This document shows positions 18,651 through 28,206 of a stretch of 64,000 bases of DNA, one piece after another. Position 1 is the stretch's first letter. The number at the start of each line of letters is the position of its first letter. Origin of the DNA: a virus; IMG/VR virus record IMGVR_UViG_3300046373_000099, positions 2,383 to 66,382 of that record, one strand, 5' to 3'. A program made the translations under genes and the position numbers. The notes below the pieces were generated by a model. That model was not told the origin of the DNA and searched no databases. It worked only from the letters and a program-made list of their open reading frames with translations.

Positions 18651-21600
18651 TCAGCCCTTCTGCGCGGTATAACGCTGCTGCTGCGTTCCCCAACCGCCAC
18701 GGCGGTCGTTGTCGTTCTTTTCGGCCAGCGCCTGTGCGACGCCCTGCCGCACGAGTTCACGGACATGAGGATCGCCGGATGCGCCGTTGATGTTGACGTT
18801 CAGCGCCGTAGAACCGCCATTGTTGGCTGCGGCGGACTGGCGAGTGTTGAGGCGTGGGGCGACTGGGGTGCCGACAAAGCCGCCGTTGGCATAACCACGA
18901 AGTTTTTCCAGCGCCGGAACGCCCAGACGGCTAACCGCCTTGGCGTCGAAGACATATTCGCCCTTATGCACGATACCAGCAGGCGTCATTTTGCCGCCGG
19001 GGCCGGTGTAGCCGCCGGAGTCGAAAAGCCCGATACCGCCGGAAGCGGCAAGTTGCTTCGATCCGGAGAACGGCGTGCCAGCAAGGAACGAAAGCCATCC
19101 CCCGCCACCTCCTCCACCAATTCCGGAAGAAAGGCTGCTCGCCAGACTTCCAAGGCCCTTGGTGGTTTCGGTGGATGCGCCGGCCAACTGGTCGAGTGCC
19201 GCAGAGGCGGACTTGGCGGATGACACCTCAAAGTGCATCGCGTCTTTTTTGGAATTCCAGTCCCCGCCCCAGCTCAAACCGTTCTTGGCGGCTAGCGCGC
19301 TGATGTTGGACGGCATGTCCGTTACGAGAGCGCCGCCGCGCCCAGTGTCCGGATTCGCCATCGGGTTGATGTCGATCGCATTGCCGAACGAATGGTTGGA
19401 AAGCTTGTTCGTGCCTGCGATGTTGCGGTAGTTGTATCCACCGATCGACGCAATCTTGTAGCCCGTCGATTCCAAGTCCTTGATGAGACCTTGGAAGTTT
19501 GAGGCAAACTTTGCGTTCACATCGGCAGCCAGACCGCTCGCCGTTGATATCGATGCAAGGCCAACGCCCGTCCTCGTAGCACCAGCAGCCGGCAGGGCAG
19601 CCCGCGTCACGGCCCCAACAGGAGCCGCAAACGAACTGGCCGTGCTGGCGACGGCGCCAACTGGTGAGGCTGCCGGAGACCCCGCCTTGGAACCCAGCAA
19701 GGCCGAAGCAAAAGCATTGCCGATCTGGCCGAACAGGGAGTCCAAAGACTTCTGCATCGCATTGGCCGCAGCGTTTCGGAGGGCATCGACGAATGCCTCG
19801 CCGATATCCTTTCCGCCCGACACGATACCCGTGCTAAAATCATTCAGGAAAGACTTGGTGGCGTCCGCAATTTCTTCCTGTTGGAAGCGGTTGCGAATGG
19901 ACTTGGCATTGTCGCTGCCGAGGTCTTCGGACAGGCCGTAGCTGCGCAGCCGCTGCGTTATGGCCTGGTCCTGCTTCGACATACCCGCGAACTTCGCGTC
20001 GTCCATCAAATCTTGCTGAAGCTTAGCCTGACCAAGCGCTTCCGAGTATTTCTTGTAAAGCTCGACCTTGGCTTCAATCTCGGCGCGCTGCTTTTCGTTT
20101 AGGCTGCGTCCCTTGTCCTCGGACTGCTGAAGCATGTCCAGCCGGAAACGGGCCGCATCGGTAGCCGCGCCGTATTCGCCTAGAAGTTCCGATTCCAACC
20201 GAAGCTGGCCAATGCGGTCGTCGGCTGATTTCAGCAGGTCGCGATAGGCGTTTCTTGCTTTTTGGGCTGCGGTTTCGGCTTTTTTGGATGCCTTCTCAGC
20301 TTCCTCGCCGAGTTGGACGGGCTTTTGACCGGGAGTCGGGACGCCTACGGTAACACCCTGTGGATTGGTGACCGTAGGATTGGCGTTCTCTTCCTGCCTG
20401 CGCAACTGGTCGCGCAGTCGGTAGTCTTGAACACCATCCGAGCCGTTTGCACCTCGATTGAGGATGTCCATAACCCGCAGGGTCTCTGCGAGTTTTGCTC
20501 CCTTATCTATAAGCTTGTCAGCGCTGCCCGATGCCCTATCCAAAGCGGGGGCGAGCAGATCGATGGACTTGATAAATTCATCAATCGCCGGCGTCGAGCC
20601 GTCTTTGATCAGCTTCTTAAGGTCGTCTTGAACCTTTCGAGCCATCTCTGAATTGGCAGTTCCGTCAGCAATTGCGTCCTTAAGCGCGTCAAAATCGCGC
20701 TGCAGGTCGCCAATTCCACCCTCATCCTTGCCAAGCTGCTGGAGCTGAGAGGCTGTATCGGTCATCGCAATATTGACGTCGTCAATCTGCTTGCGAAGGT
20801 CGACCCATTGTTTATCGGCCTCGCTCGCAGAGGCGTCCTTGATATCCTGACCTTCGGCCAGCGCCTTGCGCGTGTCGTTATAAGCCTTGAGTTCTGGAAG
20901 AGCCTCGCCCCACTTCTGCGTTACCGCATCAATAAGTTCGGCTTCTTTTTTCAGAACCTCTTCGGACTTCTCACCACCCCAATCGATGGAGCTGAAATAC
21001 TGTATTGCGGCGGCGCCGGCGGCCACTATGCCGATGGTCACCAGAGACATGGGGCTGATAACAGACATGAATGCTGAACTAAGAGCCGAGCCCAGTCCAG
21101 CTCCATCACGTTTCAGGTCGTTGAAGACCGCCGAAAGCTGCGTGCCCTGCTGCAGCGCAATCTGCAAAGGACTCATGCCGCCAGCCGCGCTTACTCCGAT
21201 GTCTTGGAACTGAGCAGCAATGTTTGAGGTGTACGGGTTTGCGCCACCGCCCCGCTGCGCCGGCGTATCAGCCAGAGCCGCATTGCGACCCTTGATGGCC
21301 GCCGTGGACGCCAAAGCGGCCTGCCGCTCCTTGCTGATGGCAGACGTCATCTCATTGGCAGAAATGGCGCCTAGCGCATGAGCACGCTTGATGTCGTTGA
21401 CGGCCGTCTTGTAATTCGTGATCGTTGCAAACAGCGGGCTATAGCGAGCGCGAAGGCGCTCAAGCTCTTTGCCTTGGTCAGCGAGCGCGCCGGTCCACTC
21501 CTTGGCACCAGCGGTTCCAATCCCCACCATTTTGTCGATGCGCGTCTGCATGGCGCTAACCATCGAATTATCGATGCCGCGGCCCATCTTCTGGAATTGT

Positions 21601-21719
21601 TTTTCAATCTGCGCGCTGCCGGTGGCGATATCGCCCACGAACTTCTTGATGCCGCGTTCCGCCGCGGTCATATCCGAGCTGACGGTTAAGACCAGATTGT
21701 TGTCGTTGTCAGCAGCCAT
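18651..21719 (-). CDS. Tape measure protein with M15-type peptidoglycan peptidase domain
   Basis: Lambda-type AQFQDI..LQQGTQL; SNHSFGNAIDIN..WGGDW..DAMHFE. Confidence 0.9.
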   Translation of the reverse strand: MAADNDNNLVLTVSSDMTAAERGIKKFVGDIATGSAQIEKQFQKMGRGIDNSMVSAMQTRIDKMVGIGTAGAKEWTGALADQGKELERLRARYSPLFATITNYKTAVNDIKRAHALGAISANEMTSAISKERQAALASTAAIKGRNAALADTPAQRGGGANPYTSNIAAQFQDIGVSAAGGMSPLQIALQQGTQLSAVFNDLKRDGAGLGSALSSAFMSVISPMSLVTIGIVAAGAAAIQYFSSIDWGGEKSEEVLKKEAELIDAVTQKWGEALPELKAYNDTRKALAEGQDIKDASASEADKQWVDLRKQIDDVNIAMTDTASQLQQLGKDEGGIGDLQRDFDALKDAIADGTANSEMARKVQDDLKKLIKDGSTPAIDEFIKSIDLLAPALDRASGSADKLIDKGAKLAETLRVMDILNRGANGSDGVQDYRLRDQLRRQEENANPTVTNPQGVTVGVPTPGQKPVQLGEEAEKASKKAETAAQKARNAYRDLLKSADDRIGQLRLESELLGEYGAATDAARFRLDMLQQSEDKGRSLNEKQRAEIEAKVELYKKYSEALGQAKLQQDLMDDAKFAGMSKQDQAITQRLRSYGLSEDLGSDNAKSIRNRFQQEEIADATKSFLNDFSTGIVSGGKDIGEAFVDALRNAAANAMQKSLDSLFGQIGNAFASALLGSKAGSPAASPVGAVASTASSFAAPVGAVTRAALPAAGATRTGVGLASISTASGLAADVNAKFASNFQGLIKDLESTGYKIASIGGYNYRNIAGTNKLSNHSFGNAIDINPMANPDTGRGGALVTDMPSNISALAAKNGLSWGGDWNSKKDAMHFEVSSAKSASAALDQLAGASTETTKGLGSLASSLSSGIGGGGGGGWLSFLAGTPFSGSKQLAASGGIGLFDSGGYTGPGGKMTPAGIVHKGEYVFDAKAVSRLGVPALEKLRGYANGGFVGTPVAPRLNTRQSAAANNGGSTALNVNINGASGDPHVRELVRQGVAQALAEKNDNDRRGGWGTQQQRYTAQKG

Positions 21720-21740
21720 CAGCGGGTGTTCCTACAATGC

Positions 21741-21765
21741 AAAAAGCCCGCGCGCTGGCGGGCTT
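21741..21765 (-). terminator. Terminator-like hairpin before TMP
   Basis: AAGCCCGC..GCGGGCTTTTT on the minus strand. Confidence 0.55.
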
Positions 21766-21782
21766 CGGTTCTGGATGGTTGG

Positions 21783-22028
21783 CTAAGTGTATTTGGCCAT
21801 AAGCTTGGCCATCTCTCCTTCGGAAGGAGCCGAGTTATCCTCGCCGCCCTGCGCTTCGTTGTGACCTTCGATGCATTCGAAGAATTCAACGAGAGTCGAC
21901 GGCCAGAAATCAACTGGCCGCCAGCCGATGGCGTGCGCGGTGCGCAACCACTGCCGTATCTGCGCGTCGGTAGTTACTTCTGCTTCGCCGTCTTGGCTGG
22001 TTTTTCCTCGACGGCGGCTTCGTTTCCC
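21783..22028 (-). CDS. Tail assembly chaperone C-terminal (gpT-like) frame reached by -1 frameshift
   Basis: GWRPVDFWPSTLVEF in the -1 frame relative to the upstream TAC. Confidence 0.75.
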   Translation of the reverse strand, partial: GKRSRRRGKTSQDGEAEVTTDAQIRQWLRTAHAIGWRPVDFWPSTLVEFFECIEGHNEAQGGEDNSAPSEGEMAKLMAKYT

Positions 22029-22327
22029 TCGACGTCCAGATGAGCGGCGATCATAAGTTTGAAAGCCGTCTGGCACGCCTTGAAGTGCTTCAACTGGATC
22101 TTCTTGATAGCGGAGGCCCAGTCACCCTTGACCGTCAGGAACTCGATGGCCGCAAGAGTGGCCTCGACCTCGACGCCATCAAGGCGCTGCCACAGATCGA
22201 CGAGCGATTTGCACTGCAGCGCGCGAGAGACGGCCGACAGGCCGCCCATCGTTGCCGCAACAACCAAATCCACGTCGTCGATCTTCAGATCAACCTCACC
22301 GCGAGCGCTGTTTACTGCTTCAGCCAT
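21974..22327 (-). CDS. Tail assembly chaperone (gpG/GTA-gp10-like)
   Basis: AVNSARGEV; follows major tail gene. Confidence 0.75.
   Translation of the reverse strand: MAEAVNSARGEVDLKIDDVDLVVAATMGGLSAVSRALQCKSLVDLWQRLDGVEVEATLAAIEFLTVKGDWASAIKKIQLKHFKACQTAFKLMIAAHLDVEGNEAAVEEKPAKTAKQK
22022..22028 (-). other. -1 ribosomal slippery site G GGA AAC
   Basis: In-frame X XXY YYZ heptamer (gaG GGA AAC) near the TAC 3' end; -1 frame open to 21783. Confidence 0.75.
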
Positions 22328-22330
22328 CCG

Positions 22331-22762
22331 TTACACCTCGGCTACAAACGTTACGGCATCGCCAGGAACGAACGTGGCGCTGAATTCCATGTTGTTCTCC
22401 ATGTCGCCGGAAGCTTCGAAGTCGGTAACGAAGAACGGGCCAGAGAACGTGCCAAGGCCGGGGACGATGATCTTTGCATTGAACACTTCCGCATTAATCA
22501 CCTTCTCCATGAAGGCAGACATCGCGACGGACGAGACGAACGCGCCAGAGCCGGAGAACGTGCGGTTGACCATGCCGGGGCGCGACGTCTTGATGACTTC
22601 GTCGCCGGGGTTAGTGCACGACGGAATGGACGTGTCGATTTCATTGGCAGAAAGGCTGAAGCTGCGGGTCTTGAGGCCGCACAGATTCAGAAACGTCTCA
22701 GGGCCTGGATCTTCGCCCTGGCCGATCTGGATGATAAGCGTACGGCCGAGTTGCTGTGGCAT
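22331..22762 (-). CDS. Major tail tube protein
   Basis: CGLKTRSFSLSANEIDTS, FSGPFFVT. Confidence 0.85.
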   Translation of the reverse strand: MPQQLGRTLIIQIGQGEDPGPETFLNLCGLKTRSFSLSANEIDTSIPSCTNPGDEVIKTSRPGMVNRTFSGSGAFVSSVAMSAFMEKVINAEVFNAKIIVPGLGTFSGPFFVTDFEASGDMENNMEFSATFVPGDAVTFVAEV

Positions 22763-22838
22763 GTGTAGGTTCCTTCATGTGAAAAAACCGGCACATGGCC
22801 GGTCGTGGTGGTGTGGTGATTTTGGTGTGGTGACGCCG

Positions 22839-23255
22839 CTAAGCTGCCCGGTCGTAGCTCGCGATGAAGTCGATGACCGCGTGGCTCGTTATCCCGTCCG
22901 GATCACGAAAGGTTCGCGTCTGGCGGTGCATTATCGAAATGAAACGATGAGTCGGCATGGCCAGGGGCTTCATGTGAAGCGCCTCGACAACAGCATCAGC
23001 AATCGCGCGAACGGCTGGATAGCCAACCTTGCGAGACCAGCCGTGGAGCGTCAGGAAGACCCTCCCGCCCTCAAGACACGTCGCATCCTCGCGAAGCGTT
23101 TGTGCCTCGCCGATCGTGACATACCCTTCTTTCGGGGTGGCCCAGCACGTAGCCGGCGGCTGGTCGTACACGCCGTTAACAAGCGGCGTCAGAGTCGCGT
23201 CTGCTTTCAGGAGCGGCACGATGGCCGCCTGAAGCTCTAGTTCCGCTGAAGCCAT
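22839..23255 (-). CDS. Tail terminator (DUF3168)
   Basis: ELQAAIV..L..VYDQPP..YVTIG..DPDGITSHAV. Confidence 0.8.
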   Translation of the reverse strand: MASAELELQAAIVPLLKADATLTPLVNGVYDQPPATCWATPKEGYVTIGEAQTLREDATCLEGGRVFLTLHGWSRKVGYPAVRAIADAVVEALHMKPLAMPTHRFISIMHRQTRTFRDPDGITSHAVIDFIASYDRAA

Positions 23256-23260
23256 GGGTT

Positions 23261-23752
23261 CTACTTCCGGTTAAACTCTCGGAAGGCCTTGGAGATGGCA
23301 GCCTTCTTGATTTTGATGGCCGTAGCCCTGAAGGCGTTCCACGTCGGCCAGATATGAGGCTGGGCCGTGGTGCCGGGGTGCATGCCCGCCGGGTTGGACG
23401 CCGCAGCCGCCCTACCCGCAACAGTCCCGCCGCCCGGGGCCGTGCTGTGTGGCGCAGTTCCGTACTCGAGGAAGCGCCAGGTCCAGGGAGCGAAGAGACC
23501 GGTGGCGTCCTTATCCTTGGTGGGGTTCTTGCTGAAGTTCGTCGCGTCCGGATGGTTCTTGAGGAAATCCCCGCTGAAACCCTCCATGTATTCCAACGTG
23601 GCTCCGGTAGGTGCAACAGCACTGATCTTCTCGGCAACCTCTTGGACGACCTGCAGATTGGCTTCGGCAGCATACTTCAGCGCGTTCGGAACGAAAGCAT
23701 TGAGGTTTCTGGTAACTGCTGCCCGGCCCTGCATTTTAGCTTTCAGCGCCAT
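23261..23752 (-). CDS. HK97 gp10-like neck protein
   Basis: WRFLEYGT...HPGTTAQPHIWPT. Confidence 0.8.
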   Translation of the reverse strand: MALKAKMQGRAAVTRNLNAFVPNALKYAAEANLQVVQEVAEKISAVAPTGATLEYMEGFSGDFLKNHPDATNFSKNPTKDKDATGLFAPWTWRFLEYGTAPHSTAPGGGTVAGRAAAASNPAGMHPGTTAQPHIWPTWNAFRATAIKIKKAAISKAFREFNRK

Positions 23753-23765
23753 GCCGCCCTCCTTG

Positions 23766-24119
23766 TCAGGAGGCCCGCCCCTGCGTAACCATAATATCCA
23801 GCCAAGCATTTTTCTGGTCTTGGTTCGTCGGAGGCGCCGTGATCGCGTAGACAACCCCAGAGCGTGCATCCACAATCTGCCAATCCGGCCCTACAGCGCG
23901 CGAGGCAGTCGAACTGCGTACGCGGACGATATACGGCTGAATGCCCGTCAGGCGGGCTGCCTGCACGCCCTCTCCCCCCTTAAGGGGGATGAACTCGGCT
24001 GCGCCTGTGAAGATGGTCTGGAAATCAGCGACGGTGTTTCCGAAATCATCTTCAACTTCAACACGACGCTGAAAGTAGACCTTCTGGCGCATAGCGCCCG
24101 CGCTAGGTTTTTTCGCCAT
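23766..24119 (-). CDS. Head-tail adaptor / head closure protein
   Basis: AGAMRQKVYFQ..DDFGN. Confidence 0.8.
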   Translation of the reverse strand: MAKKPSAGAMRQKVYFQRRVEVEDDFGNTVADFQTIFTGAAEFIPLKGGEGVQAARLTGIQPYIVRVRSSTASRAVGPDWQIVDARSGVVYAITAPPTNQDQKNAWLDIMVTQGRAS

Positions 24120-24276
24120 CCGCAGTCACCTCCCGCTTGCCGGCTACCTCAGCCTTGCCAGCCGCGATAGCCTCGTCACCGCAGATCCGGCGAACGTTCT
24201 CGACCATTCCAGCCTTGAAGGCGATCGTGAACCCTGGCTGTTTCCAGTCGAAGTCGGCGGTGAATCTCACGCGCAT
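24103..24276 (-). CDS. Small virion-module protein (57 aa)
   Basis: MRVRFTADFDW...AIAAGKA fills the gap between head genes. Confidence 0.55.
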   Translation of the reverse strand: MRVRFTADFDWKQPGFTIAFKAGMVENVRRICGDEAIAAGKAEVAGKREVTADGEKT

Positions 24277-24277
24277 C

Positions 24278-24688
24278 TTAAAGCGCTACGCCGGCGGCTT
24301 GAAATTGGACGGCGAGGACGGTTGTCGACTTGGCGATGCCGACAATCTGCGGATACTCGCCAGTCCCAACGTCTGCCACGGGGCAAAGGCCACCGGGGGT
24401 ATCGGACAGATACACAGCCACGCCTGCGGTAAGCACCGCATTGACAGTCAGATCGCCCGACTTAAGGACAGACACTGGCTGATTCAGGCTAGCGGAATTC
24501 AGGGCGATGGCTGAGGCCACGCGAGCAGCAGCGGTAGCGCTGTTGCTGTCGGCAAGTTTCCACTTGGCCGATGTGGTGTCGTAATATAGCGCCTTGCCTG
24601 CGGCGATCGTCTCGCCTGCAGTGCCAACGTCTCGTACGGAATTGCTGCCCGCCACTACGGCGGTCGATGTAATTGCTAGATCGGCCAT
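24278..24688 (-). CDS. Head decoration/cement-like protein
   Basis: AGETIAAGKALY..YLSDTPGG. Confidence 0.6.
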   Translation of the reverse strand: MADLAITSTAVVAGSNSVRDVGTAGETIAAGKALYYDTTSAKWKLADSNSATAAARVASAIALNSASLNQPVSVLKSGDLTVNAVLTAGVAVYLSDTPGGLCPVADVGTGEYPQIVGIAKSTTVLAVQFQAAGVAL

Positions 24689-24697
24689 GTGCGGCTC

Positions 24698-25057
24698 CTA
24701 TTCAACGCAGGTTTCTTCAAAGGTTCGCCACACCCGCCAAGGGGCCAGCAGCCGACGGACGGTAGGCGGCAAAATAGCCTCGCCAACGTCCTTCTCAGGC
24801 GTTTGCCTGTTTTCATACAGGTCGCTCATCACAAGCAGGATGGCGGCCACGATCGGCGACGTCACAAGCATCGTGGTCGCGTCGTAACCCTCGTCGTCAG
24901 GCTCAGGCAGGGTCGCGTCAGGGGCAAGGACCGGACGATCTAGGTACTCAACGACGATGGATTCTGCTGCAGCCAGATAGAGCGCGATTTCAGCGTTCTC
25001 ATCCTCATGAAAGACGCGCAATTGCTTGCGCGCCAACTCCAGATCAACCAGTGCCAT
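24698..25057 (-). CDS. Head-tail connector (HK97 gp6-like)
   Basis: LELARKQLRV..AILLVMSDLYENR. Confidence 0.85.
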   Translation of the reverse strand: MALVDLELARKQLRVFHEDENAEIALYLAAAESIVVEYLDRPVLAPDATLPEPDDEGYDATTMLVTSPIVAAILLVMSDLYENRQTPEKDVGEAILPPTVRRLLAPWRVWRTFEETCVE

Positions 25058-25058
25058 C

Positions 25059-25400
25059 TTAGGCCGCGATTACTGCTGCCGTTGCAGCGCTGGTGACAGA
25101 GGCCGATCCGCGCACGTTCGTGCCCGTAACCGTCACAGTGATGACCTTGCCGATGTCAGCAACAATCGGGACGTACGTGGCCCCTGTGGCGCCAACAATC
25201 GCTACGCCAGCGGCTTTCCACTGACGCGTCAGCACGGGTGTTTCGTCCCATGTGCCCGTGGTCGATGTCAGCGTCTGGCCAACCCGTGCCGTTCCGGTAA
25301 TCGCCGGGGCGACTGAATTGGATGGGGCAAAACTGCCGTCAATGACGCCTGCCCCGATATAACTTGCGGCTCGCCGCTTACGAGTCTTTGTCGATAGCAT
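25059..25400 (-). CDS. Ig-like virion protein
   Basis: APAITGTARVGQTLT..QW..ATGATY..DIGKVITVTV. Confidence 0.7.
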   Translation of the reverse strand: MLSTKTRKRRAASYIGAGVIDGSFAPSNSVAPAITGTARVGQTLTSTTGTWDETPVLTRQWKAAGVAIVGATGATYVPIVADIGKVITVTVTGTNVRGSASVTSAATAAVIAA

Positions 25401-25650
25401 TGGCTTTGCCCTTCTTTTTTTGCACGGGCACAACCGCAACAACCGGCTCTTCGACGATGGCGTCCTCGTCAACCTCGGCTTCGATCTCGGCAGCCTCTAC
25501 AGCGCCCTCAATATCGACCAGGCCAAGTTCTTTCATTTCGTGCGCAACGCCGACTTCGACGTCGAATGCAGGACTGCGCTTCGTCTTCAGTTCATCGTGC
25601 CAAAACGTGCGTTTTGGCTTTACGGATACTTCCGTCATGCAATCCTCCAT
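25378..25650 (-). CDS. Hypothetical head-module protein
   Basis: ORF after capsid gene. Confidence 0.55.
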   Translation of the reverse strand: MEDCMTEVSVKPKRTFWHDELKTKRSPAFDVEVGVAHEMKELGLVDIEGAVEAAEIEAEVDEDAIVEEPVVAVVPVQKKKGKANAIDKDS

Positions 25651-25687
25651 CGGTAGGGAGAAAGGGGCGCCGAAGCGCCCCGATCAA

Positions 25688-26896
25688 TTAGGCAGGATTG
25701 ACGTCGCCTGTGACGAAGGCTTCCGGACGATACACGGCCAGACCCAGGCGCTCTTCGGCGCGGATCGTGAACATGTTCTTCTCGAAGTCATCGACGTTCT
25801 CGCTCGAGAGCAGAACTTCGATTTCCATACGGTCGAAAATCTGAGCCGCATAGGAGAAGGCGCCGGTCAGGAAGTCGCCTGCCGCCATTGCCTGCGTCGA
25901 AACAACCGGAAGGTTCCAGAGGGTCGGCGAGAGCGCGCCCTGCGGATTGCCGATGATGTAGTTGCCGCCTGCGTCCTTGGTCAGTTCGATCTTGGCCCAG
26001 TCGATCGGGTTCAGAACGAACGCGGTTGCCGGGTATTCAGCCAGGATTACCTGAAGAACAGCAAGGCGGAGGCGGTCGATGGCAGTAGCATCAGCCGGCG
26101 TGAAGGCCGGGGCGAATGCTGTGGCTTGCGGCACGAGGCCAAGGATGTTCTGGCCGGAGCCGGAGCCGTTGAGAAGCTGGTTCTCTTCGACGAACTTCAG
26201 GCCGTAGCGCGCGCGGGCGTCGATGTAGCTCTTCAGCGCCGGAGCGTCGTCGAGAATCTGGCGCGATGCCTTGAACAGGTGGGCCAGCGTACGAATCGGC
26301 GCAGTCGCCATGTCGAACGTCAGATCCGAGTACGGCTTTGCAGTCGTTTCGGCGACCGGAGCGGCCGAGTTCGTGTAGCCGGTTTCCTTGACGTATTCGA
26401 CGCTGTTTGACGAAGTCTGACCAGGCAGCAGAAGGTCGCGAATGGTAAGCTGGCGCTCCGGAAGGCCAAAGATGCCCGCGACGCGCTGGCCAGGGATCAG
26501 CGACGTGCCAACCGAACGACCCGTACCAACGGTGCCATTGGCCGAAGTAATGGCGGCTCGATCCATGGAAACCTTGATCGCAGCGCGCGATGCGCCGGTC
26601 AGGTTGCCAGCCTTGTAGGCTGCGGACTCGATGACCATGTCGCCGATCGACTTGAAGCCATCTTCTGCGGCTTCTTTTTCACGAGCAGCGCGCTTTTCCA
26701 GATCGCTCAGGCGCGTGGTAACGTCGCCAAGTTCGGAAAGCGCCTTGTCGGTCGCGGTCTTCAGTTCGGCCGATGCTTCGCCGCCAGCCTTGACCTTTGC
26801 GGTCAGGTCAGAGCCCAGATTCTGGACATGCTCCTTGATGGACGCAAGCGAAGTACCAAGCTCGCCGATCTTGTCGGCAAGTACGTTGTCAACCAT
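25688..26896 (-). CDS. Major capsid protein, HK97 fold
   Basis: VAETTAKP, IRTLAHLFKASRQILDD, DDFEKNMFTIRAEERL. Confidence 0.95.
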   Translation of the reverse strand: MVDNVLADKIGELGTSLASIKEHVQNLGSDLTAKVKAGGEASAELKTATDKALSELGDVTTRLSDLEKRAAREKEAAEDGFKSIGDMVIESAAYKAGNLTGASRAAIKVSMDRAAITSANGTVGTGRSVGTSLIPGQRVAGIFGLPERQLTIRDLLLPGQTSSNSVEYVKETGYTNSAAPVAETTAKPYSDLTFDMATAPIRTLAHLFKASRQILDDAPALKSYIDARARYGLKFVEENQLLNGSGSGQNILGLVPQATAFAPAFTPADATAIDRLRLAVLQVILAEYPATAFVLNPIDWAKIELTKDAGGNYIIGNPQGALSPTLWNLPVVSTQAMAAGDFLTGAFSYAAQIFDRMEIEVLLSSENVDDFEKNMFTIRAEERLGLAVYRPEAFVTGDVNPA

Positions 26897-26908
26897 GAGG
26901 TGACTCCT

Positions 26909-28024
26909 TTAGATTTTGATGGGTGTGTTTGCTTCGGCCAAAAGCCGGTCTAGGGCTGCCAAAGCAGCAGCATCCGTCTCGTCAGGAGCCCCCTGATCAG
27001 TCTTGAGGTAGAGCCGAGCGGCCCGCTCTGCCTCTGAGTTAGAAAGGCCAACAAGTCCCTTGAGGCCGTTTTCAAACTCACGTTTGGTAATGGGTTCACC
27101 CGTCCGCATCTTGGCGGCCAGTTCATTGGCAGCCTCAGCGCGGGAGGAATTGGAAGCGCGCAAACGGCGAACTGGCTCCGGAGCGGTGGATGCTCCAAAG
27201 CGGAAAAGCGTCTCGTCCAATGTCGCGATGCTGTCGGCCATGCCGCGATCAAGCAGCTCTTCAGCGAAGAACACGCGGCCCTTGCCGAATCCGTCGAGCA
27301 CTTTCGATTTGGAAACACCCCGACCGTCAGCCACGGCGGCAACAAATCGATCATATGACCGATTTACGCGCTCCTGAATGAACGCCTGCGCGTCTTTCGA
27401 CAGCGGTTCGGTCTCGTTGCCCTCGACCTTTTCAGGCGTGGACGAAATGTATGTGCGCGTGACGCCTTCTTCGGCCAAGGCCTTGGAAACGTCATCATGG
27501 ACAGTGTACACGCCGATGGATCCAGCCCGCCCTGAAGGCGTCACCACGACCTCGTCAGCCGAAGCCGCAATCCAGTAGGCAGCGCTTGCCGCAAGGCTGT
27601 TGACCTGCGCGATAATCGGCTTGTCACCGCCTCGTAGCCGTCGGATTTCCGCGCCAAGCTCTTCTGTGCCTGGAACCGAGCCGCCGGGGCTGTCGATATC
27701 CAGCACGATCGCCTTGATTTCGGGGTCAGCAATGGCCTGATGGAGCGACCGGGCCAGCGCCTGATAAGACGTTCCTCCGCTCATTTCGGACATCATGCCC
27801 ATTCGCTGCGAAAGGACGCCGTAAACCGGGATAACCCCTACAGCGCCTTCTTTTCGGGCGATTTCCTCGGATTTTGCCCGATCGATGACTGCGGCGACCT
27901 CTTCAGCGCTATAAACACCGCCGGCAGCCTTGAAAGCAAGAAACCGCGTCAGCGCACCCAGCTTTTCCGGCTGCATGGCCCACGGCTCGGCCGCGAAAGC
28001 CGAGAGAATGTGTGCGTATTTCAT
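26909..28024 (-). CDS. Head maturation protease, S49/SppA family
   Basis: LDIDSPGG, AASAAYWIA, GSIGV. Confidence 0.9.
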   Translation of the reverse strand: MKYAHILSAFAAEPWAMQPEKLGALTRFLAFKAAGGVYSAEEVAAVIDRAKSEEIARKEGAVGVIPVYGVLSQRMGMMSEMSGGTSYQALARSLHQAIADPEIKAIVLDIDSPGGSVPGTEELGAEIRRLRGGDKPIIAQVNSLAASAAYWIAASADEVVVTPSGRAGSIGVYTVHDDVSKALAEEGVTRTYISSTPEKVEGNETEPLSKDAQAFIQERVNRSYDRFVAAVADGRGVSKSKVLDGFGKGRVFFAEELLDRGMADSIATLDETLFRFGASTAPEPVRRLRASNSSRAEAANELAAKMRTGEPITKREFENGLKGLVGLSNSEAERAARLYLKTDQGAPDETDAAALAALDRLLAEANTPIKI

Positions 28025-28197
28025 TGGGCAACTCCCTTGGCGCTTAGGCCGTCGGAAGCATGTCCGCGTGCGGAAAGAAGGTGACCAACCCTCTTGATCG
28101 CCTCATTTTCGTCAATTGCAGCGATTTCAACAGCCATGCAGCCATGCGCCAGCGCGCCAGCGGCGAAGCCACTCACGGTCCAGATTTTCATTGTCAT
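28021..28197 (-). CDS. Small hypothetical protein (58 aa)
   Basis: Fills portal-protease gap; ATGA-coupled. Confidence 0.45.
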   Translation of the reverse strand: MTMKIWTVSGFAAGALAHGCMAVEIAAIDENEAIKRVGHLLSARGHASDGLSAKGVAQ

Positions 28198-28206
28198 GTG
28201 GTTTCC

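Noticed and set aside
18286-18693. Minus-strand ORFs after the TMP
   Set aside because: Several competing overlapping frames with no motif; cannot choose one from sequence alone.
9768-26410. Long plus-strand ORFs (9768, 12729, 14908, 22059, 25364 etc.)
   Set aside because: Antisense shadows of well-supported structural genes in GC-rich DNA; no recognisable motifs.
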